Source: Opitutales bacterium (GTDB lineage Bacteria > Verrucomicrobiota > Verrucomicrobiia > Opitutales > PNEW01). Taken from it: 32,000 nt of DNA. The position numbers were made by a program, and so were the translations under genes. Under the pieces are notes generated by a model. It was given only the letters and a program-made list of their open reading frames with translations, was not told the origin of the DNA and searched no databases. Numbering within the stretch: position 1 is the stretch's first letter; each line of letters starts with the position of its first letter. Positions 26,514-32,000 of this stretch are shown in pieces. The stretch lies in NCBI GenBank assembly GCA_965219535.1, contig CBDCNV010000002.1, positions 2,040,001 through 2,072,000 of the forward strand. Reading direction: 5' to 3'.

Positions 26514-28754
26514 ATGAAAAAGTCGCTCGCTTTATCGTTATTTGTGGTCTCACTCATTGTTTTTCCTATTCTAAATGCACAGCCCGAATCGCTCGATACA
26601 TTTTACGATTTTGAGAATGTTACTGCAGAAGGATCAGACTTTACGATTGGCGAAGCCCCTTTTACAGTCCGGGTCATTGGCTATACTTTGCAAGATGTAG
26701 AAAATCCAGCTCTTGCAAACTCAGGTAATCGGGCCTTGGTTCTGGACCCCTCCGCTCCTGAACATAAAATATTATTCGAAAGAGGCGTTAACCTGCTTCA
26801 GTTTTACGCCGTCGACACCTCGGGCGGTAGTAGAATTGAACTCAGGGATAAAAATTTTATATTTTTGGCTAATGAAGGTGTCGTCAACGGTTTGCCGACC
26901 ACGCACGGTCTGCAAAGTTTTGTCTCTTTCAGTGGAGATATCCAGGATTTAACGGATCTTAATTTTACGAATGGAATAAAGGAAATTAAGCTTGTCAATC
27001 CAAGTGGGCAAGTCGCCATCGATGACTTGGGATTTACCTATGTCGAAGGGCCGCCGGATAATACGGTGTACGAGGATTTTACGGATTTAAATAATCACCC
27101 GATTTTTAAAGATTTTTCTAAGCGAGCCAATTTTACTTTGGGAGTATCCCCATATTCTGCGACATTTACCGGTGGCATTGTAGCACCTACTGATTTCCCC
27201 TTGTATACTTTTGAACATACCAATCCTTTACTTGTAGATCAGGGAGGTTCAGGGTCCTGGTCGATTGTAAATGATACGACGTCAAACCAGACTCCGGATC
27301 CAGCCGTGGGAATGATCGTCTTTGAAACTCCTGTTGCCCAAGTGCAATTCTATGCTGCCGTATTTTTTGAAAACGATGGTGTCATTGAAGTTTTCGATAC
27401 CGAGGGTAACCTGCTTACGATGACTGATGACGTCCCACTAAATATAAACATTGGCTACATGGGAGAATTTACCTATTTCGATTTCAATGCGACGGAACTG
27501 GGAGCCCCCGGTGGAATTGGAAGTGTGCACTATACAAATACCCCCTTTATCGGGGATACCGGCAGTATTCCTCAAATAAGTCTTGATGATATCGGGTTCA
27601 CCCCGATCGGAGCTCCCGGAAGTGGTTCAGAGGGACCGCCTCCTGATCAAGCACCCGCTATCACCACCCAACCCACAAGCCAGGAAGCGCAGTCAGGTTC
27701 CGCGGTTGTTTTGACCGTCGCAGCCAGCGGTGATGATCTTAATTACCAGTGGTTTACCGGAAACAGTGGGGATACTGCCAACCCCGTCGCGGGGGCCACC
27801 GGCAGCAGTTTAACTACCGGTGCACTCACTGTGAGCACTAACTTTTGGGCACAGATTAGTAATGCCGGTGGAAGCGCTAACAGTGATACCGCGGTGATCA
27901 CGGTAGCGGCACCGGCTGTTCCCCTCGTCCTCGACGGCTCGGGCGATATTGCGGGTGAAAATATCCAACATCCCAACGGTAATGTGTTTGATCAGATTTT
28001 GTTAACCGGAGAGTCCATCCAGCTTCAGGCAAGACCTAATCAGATAACCCGCGTCTCTTTCATGGATGTAAACGAGGACATTGTGCAGGTTGAGTTCTCA
28101 GGCGCAGGTACATTTACCGTCACCCTGGATCCGATCACCTTCCTGCCCCCGGCCATCCCCCCACGCTACAACCAGGCCGTGGAGTACGTGACTGGTAAAC
28201 CGAGCGTAGTCATCGACGGAGCAGACGCTAATACCTTCTTCAGCATCTTCACTGTAGGATCGATTAACGCGGTGAACCAGGCACTCTTTCCCGAGGGACA
28301 GGTCTATGACGCACAGGCGGACGTAACTTTGGTAGAAGTTGTAAATTCCACGGGCATGGGCGGCATGCAGCTGTCGAACGCGGCGTTTAGTGGAAGCACG
28401 GGCAAGGTCGGTATCGATGCGCGAGGGGTACCAATCTCGGTACGCTTAACCGTAGGTGACATCACTGCCAGTGGCGATGCGGTGCCACACATACTTTTTG
28501 GCTCAGGTTCATTCACCGTAGCGGCGGGTAACCCTGGGTTGAGGATCACAGGTGGAGACTTGTTGCAGACAAACGGTGCCGCGGTCGTGGTAGCGGAAAG
28601 CGGATCGACAACGACGGGATTCGAGACCTTGATCACACAGAACAATTTTAAATCGGACAAAACACCTCAGCCAACACTGAGCATCGACGCCACTTTCGCT
28701 AATGAAGATGGCGATGCGATTACGATTGCGGTTGAAGAGCTGACGATTGAATGA
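26514..28754 (+). CDS. Secreted 746-aa protein of unrecognised family (twin N-terminal modules + Ig-like module + C-terminal module), tandem paralogue A
   Basis: Signal peptide MKKSLALSLFVVSLIVFPILNA/QPE. Two modules end in IDDLGFTY and LDDIGFTP. The Ig-like module contains ITTQPTSQEAQSGSAVVLTV...YQWFTGNSGDTANPVAGAT...AVITV. It is colinear with 29283-31496. Confidence 0.85.
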   Translation: MKKSLALSLFVVSLIVFPILNAQPESLDTFYDFENVTAEGSDFTIGEAPFTVRVIGYTLQDVENPALANSGNRALVLDPSAPEHKILFERGVNLLQFYAVDTSGGSRIELRDKNFIFLANEGVVNGLPTTHGLQSFVSFSGDIQDLTDLNFTNGIKEIKLVNPSGQVAIDDLGFTYVEGPPDNTVYEDFTDLNNHPIFKDFSKRANFTLGVSPYSATFTGGIVAPTDFPLYTFEHTNPLLVDQGGSGSWSIVNDTTSNQTPDPAVGMIVFETPVAQVQFYAAVFFENDGVIEVFDTEGNLLTMTDDVPLNINIGYMGEFTYFDFNATELGAPGGIGSVHYTNTPFIGDTGSIPQISLDDIGFTPIGAPGSGSEGPPPDQAPAITTQPTSQEAQSGSAVVLTVAASGDDLNYQWFTGNSGDTANPVAGATGSSLTTGALTVSTNFWAQISNAGGSANSDTAVITVAAPAVPLVLDGSGDIAGENIQHPNGNVFDQILLTGESIQLQARPNQITRVSFMDVNEDIVQVEFSGAGTFTVTLDPITFLPPAIPPRYNQAVEYVTGKPSVVIDGADANTFFSIFTVGSINAVNQALFPEGQVYDAQADVTLVEVVNSTGMGGMQLSNAAFSGSTGKVGIDARGVPISVRLTVGDITASGDAVPHILFGSGSFTVAAGNPGLRITGGDLLQTNGAAVVVAESGSTTTGFETLITQNNFKSDKTPQPTLSIDATFANEDGDAITIAVEELTIE

Positions 28755-29088
28755 TGTCGATTACTGATTTTCGATAGGGAATAGCCACATAAAGCACAAG
28801 AGACACAAAAAGAGATTTTAAATTGTCATTGCGAGGAAGGTGAAAACCGACCGAAGCAATCCAGGGAAATGTCGGTCACGTATTGACATCACCCTGGAAT
28901 GTAAGATGTCGGGGTACTGTCATCGGTAGCTTAGGCGCTACGCTTATTCACTTACGACTTTTTCCAACGTGCCAGGGAGCGCGTTCCACCTGTTTTGTCA
29001 TTATGCATCCCAATAACTGTGGGACAACAGTTTCAATTCGATGAAGTTTTTAAATTTACATTTTAAATAAGAATTCGTAATAGAGCTC

Positions 29089-29108
29089 GGACGCAACGGA
29101 GTGCGTCC
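29089..29108. repeat. GC-rich hairpin inside the inter-paralogue spacer
   Basis: GGACGCA (29089-29095) pairs with TGCGTCC (29102-29108) around a 6-nt loop. It is preceded by GAGCTCGGA, a 9-mer that recurs at 31537-31545 downstream of paralogue B. Confidence 0.4.
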
Positions 29109-29282
29109 CTCCAGCTATGTTAAATCCTTAAACCCTAGAATATAAACAGTATCGAATTTACGTGAACGTAGTATTGATATTTTTAGTAACAAATTATTGC
29201 CAAAAAAATACTGTGTGTTAATAAAATCCTATTCATTTTTTAGTAAAAATAAGCATTATTTAATACAGAAAAGGGATCCCAT

Positions 29283-31496
29283 ATGAGTAACTATAAATTT
29301 TTGAATACGATAATTATTTGGTTGGTATTGACGGCCCATTTGTCGGCTCAGCCTGAATCACTTGAAGCTTTTTTCGATTTTGAAAATGTAACAGTTGATG
29401 GACCAGAATTTATAATTGGGGAGGCCCCATTTTCGATCCGGGTGATTGGATTCATCTTGCAGGATGTAGATCCAGGGCTTGCCCGTTCAGGGAGTCGAGC
29501 CCTCGTTGTCGATCCAAGCGTATCGGACCATAAGATTTTATTTGAAAGAGGGGTGAACCTACTGCAGTTCTATGCTGTCGATACCCTGGGAGGGGGAAGG
29601 ATCGAACTTAGAGAAAGACATTTTCGTGTTTTAAATCAACAAGGTGTCGTCAACGGATTGCCGACCAGCCCTGGTCTTCAAAGTTTCGTCTCCTTCAGTG
29701 GAGATATCCAGGATTTGACGGATATAAATTGGACGAATGGGATTATAGAATTAAAAATTGTCAATCCCGGAGGACAAATAGCGATTGATGACCTTGGATT
29801 TACTTACGTTGAAGGGCCGCCAAATAATACAATTTTTGAAGATTTTGGGTTTGCTCAGGAACGCGCTGAATTCATATTCCCGAATAGTAATACGGATTTT
29901 ACGATTGGTTTTCCTCCTTATACCGCGCACTTTACTGGTGGTGTCATCACGGGGGGATTACCTGCTTATAATCACTCGATACCGGGTGGTGGTGCGCATT
30001 GGGCAATTGTCCAGCAAGAAATCTCTGGCCAGCCGGTTCAAGAGATTACGGGAGTCATTGAATTTGAAACCCCGGTTGCTCAGGTACAGTTTTACGCGGC
30101 CATTTTTTTTGAGGATGACGGCTTTATTGAAATCTTCGATACAGAAGGTAACTTGCTTACTGCGACCGATGATATCGGCATGAATGTAAGCATTGAATTA
30201 ACGGAGCCATTTACTTATTTCGACTTCAATGCGGTGGAATTAGGTGCCCCAGGTGGCATCGGCAGTTTACACTATACGAACAGGACGATCACCTCTACGA
30301 CGGGGGATGTTGATAGCATCGGAATTGACGACATCGGGTATACCCCCATTGGCGCGCCTGGAAGCGGTTCCGAGGGACCGCCTCCTGTCCAAGGCCCGAC
30401 CATTACTACCCAACCGACGAGCCAGGAAGTCGCATCGGGTACGGCTATTGCCTTATCAGTTGTAGCCAGTGGCGATGATCTCACCTACCAGTGGTATACT
30501 GGCAACAGCGGTGACACTGCCAACCCTGTGGCAGGAGCCACCACGAACAGTCTAACCACGGGCGCTCTCACCGTGAGCACAAACTACTGGGCGCAGATTA
30601 GCAATGCCGGAGGTAGTGCCAACAGTGAGACCGCAGTCATCACCGTAGCGGTGCCGGCTGTTCCTCTTGTACTAGAAGGCACGGGTGATATTGCGGGTGA
30701 AAATATTCAGCATCCCAACGGTAATGTATTCGACCAGATATTACTCACCGGAGAATCCATACGACTGCAGGCAAGACCTAATCAGATAACCCGCGTCTCC
30801 TTCATGGATGTAAACGAGGACATTGTGCAGGTTGAGTTCTCAGGTGCAGGTACATTTACCGTCACCCTGGACCCTGCCACCTTCCTGGCCCCGGCGATTC
30901 CTCCTCGCTACAACCAGGCTGTCGAGTACGTAACGGGTAAACCGAGTGTGGTCATCGATGGAGCGAACGCCAATACCTTCTTCAGTATCTTTACCGTCGG
31001 ATCCATTAACGCGGTGAACCAGGCGCTTTTCCCCGAGGGTCAAGTCTATGACGCACAAGCGGACGTGACCCTGGTGGAAGTTGTAAATTCCACGGGCATG
31101 GGCGGCATGCAGTTGTCTAACGCCGCGTTCAGCGGAAGCACCGGCAAGACCGGTGTCGACGCGCGCGGAGTACCGATCGCAGTACGCTTAACTGTAGGCG
31201 ACATTGATGCCGATGGCGACGCCGTGCCGCATCTCCTGTTCGGTGAGGGATCTTTTACGGTAGTAGCTGGCAACCCCGGATTGCGTATTACGGGTGGTGA
31301 CCTCTTACAGACGAACGGCGCCGCGGTTGTCGTCGCCGAAAGCGGATCGACAACCACCGGATTTGAGACCCTGATTACGCAGAACAATTTTAAATCGGAC
31401 AACACTCCACAGCCGACGCTGAGCATTGATGCCACCTTCGCCAATGAGGACGGTGATGCGATCGAGGTCGTTCTCGAAGAAATCACGATAGAATGA
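29283..31496 (+). CDS. Secreted 737-aa protein, tandem paralogue B of 26514-28754
   Basis: Signal peptide ...WLVLTAHLSA/QPE. It has the same module order as paralogue A. The C-terminal ~390 aa are almost identical in protein sequence to paralogue A, while the second N-terminal module is strongly diverged. Confidence 0.85.
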   Translation: MSNYKFLNTIIIWLVLTAHLSAQPESLEAFFDFENVTVDGPEFIIGEAPFSIRVIGFILQDVDPGLARSGSRALVVDPSVSDHKILFERGVNLLQFYAVDTLGGGRIELRERHFRVLNQQGVVNGLPTSPGLQSFVSFSGDIQDLTDINWTNGIIELKIVNPGGQIAIDDLGFTYVEGPPNNTIFEDFGFAQERAEFIFPNSNTDFTIGFPPYTAHFTGGVITGGLPAYNHSIPGGGAHWAIVQQEISGQPVQEITGVIEFETPVAQVQFYAAIFFEDDGFIEIFDTEGNLLTATDDIGMNVSIELTEPFTYFDFNAVELGAPGGIGSLHYTNRTITSTTGDVDSIGIDDIGYTPIGAPGSGSEGPPPVQGPTITTQPTSQEVASGTAIALSVVASGDDLTYQWYTGNSGDTANPVAGATTNSLTTGALTVSTNYWAQISNAGGSANSETAVITVAVPAVPLVLEGTGDIAGENIQHPNGNVFDQILLTGESIRLQARPNQITRVSFMDVNEDIVQVEFSGAGTFTVTLDPATFLAPAIPPRYNQAVEYVTGKPSVVIDGANANTFFSIFTVGSINAVNQALFPEGQVYDAQADVTLVEVVNSTGMGGMQLSNAAFSGSTGKTGVDARGVPIAVRLTVGDIDADGDAVPHLLFGEGSFTVVAGNPGLRITGGDLLQTNGAAVVVAESGSTTTGFETLITQNNFKSDNTPQPTLSIDATFANEDGDAIEVVLEEITIE

Positions 31497-31773
31497 GCCG
31501 ATTGCGGATTGGAGATGTCGCCTACGCGATAGCGGAGCTCGGAAGTCGATTGTGGAATGCGGATTGTTCCTAGCGGTTATAAAATATAATATTCATTTAA
31601 TTTATATAATGCGGATGCAGAGGAGTGTATCCATCCAACGGTCTTAATTCTTTAGTATCGCACTTGGTTTTCTTTCTTGTGTATTTTGCGTGTCTTGCGT
31701 TGCCTAGATATAGTATCGCGGGAGCGAAGTGCTGACGGTCGACCGTTAATATGTAAACTAAAATTGAAATGCT

Positions 31774-32000
31774 ATGACAGAAGATAAAACATTTCCTGCA
31801 CGTGGGAGCATCGAAGAGATTGAGGAGGGTGCATTGCTGCAACCGAAATTCGATGAGAAAGGGCTCATTCCCTGTATCGCGCAAGATGCGGAGACCAACG
31901 AAATCCTAATGTTTGCCTACATGAATGACACCGCTTTACAGGCGTCCATCAGTACCGGGTTAGCACACTATTATTCTCGCTCACGCAATAAACTTTGGAA
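31774..32000 (+). CDS. hisI: Phosphoribosyl-AMP cyclohydrolase, N-terminal part (3' end outside the window; absent from the ORF track)
   Basis: My own translation from ATG 31774 is [75 protein letters not shown]. This matches the HisI core (GLIPxIxQD...ILMxAYMN...YxSRSRxxLW). The frame is open to the window end. Confidence 0.85.
   Translation, partial: MTEDKTFPARGSIEEIEEGALLQPKFDEKGLIPCIAQDAETNEILMFAYMNDTALQASISTGLAHYYSRSRNKLW

Noticed and set aside
28304-28660. Long antisense ORFs inside the tails of both paralogues (28304-28660 and 31046-31486, minus strand), conserved between the two copies
   Set aside because: Their conservation follows automatically from conservation of the sense strand. 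They look like stop-poor antisense frames of a GC-rich, Gly/Ala/Thr/Val-rich coding region. They have low-complexity Pro/Thr/Ser content and no independent start context.
26514-31496. Diversity-generating retroelement or cassette-type variation between the paralogues
   Set aside because: The window has no reverse transcriptase and no template-repeat-like non-coding copy. The differences between copies are not adenine-specific. The variable stretches differ in length.

Overview
This 32-kb chromosomal window starts inside dnaA. The left half is mostly housekeeping: dnaA, ligA, a giant NAD-glutamate dehydrogenase, a class-I aminotransferase, aroE, yggS, a LysR regulator, a Cu-type P1B ATPase and a Sel1-repeat protein. 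The right half is accessory and mosaic. Two minus-strand tRNA genes, Pro-GGG (12066-12142) and Lys-UUU (24167-24243), each have mobile-DNA debris on their 3' side. Next to tRNA-Pro is a 1345-bp IS3-family element with in-frame TGAs in both ORFs; it truncates a paralogue of the large secreted proteins. Next to tRNA-Lys is a ~3.7-kb islet with no integrase, bounded by a perfect 46-bp duplication of the tRNA-Lys 3' half. The islet holds two diverged tandem PhyH-type Fe(II)/2OG dioxygenase genes split by an intact 735-bp IS1595/IS1016-like element with a perfect 8-bp target duplication. It also holds gene fragments: an enolase-superfamily-like C-terminus, a TauD N-terminus and an IS3 terminus. Right of tRNA-Lys lie a BNR/Asp-box propeller protein, a third PhyH-type gene, and two tandem ~740-aa secreted paralogues of a family I cannot name. 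These have twin N-terminal modules, an Ig-like module and a ~280-aa C-terminal module, with mosaic divergence and a 104-nt near-identical tract. The window ends inside hisI. I saw no rRNA, no CRISPR array and no recognisable multi-gene defence or secretion system. The most novel-looking content is the secreted paralogue family (three loci in this window) and the tRNA-Lys islet. A marine PVC-type bacterium is my taxonomic guess, from gene content only. All homology calls come from reading motifs by eye, not from searches.
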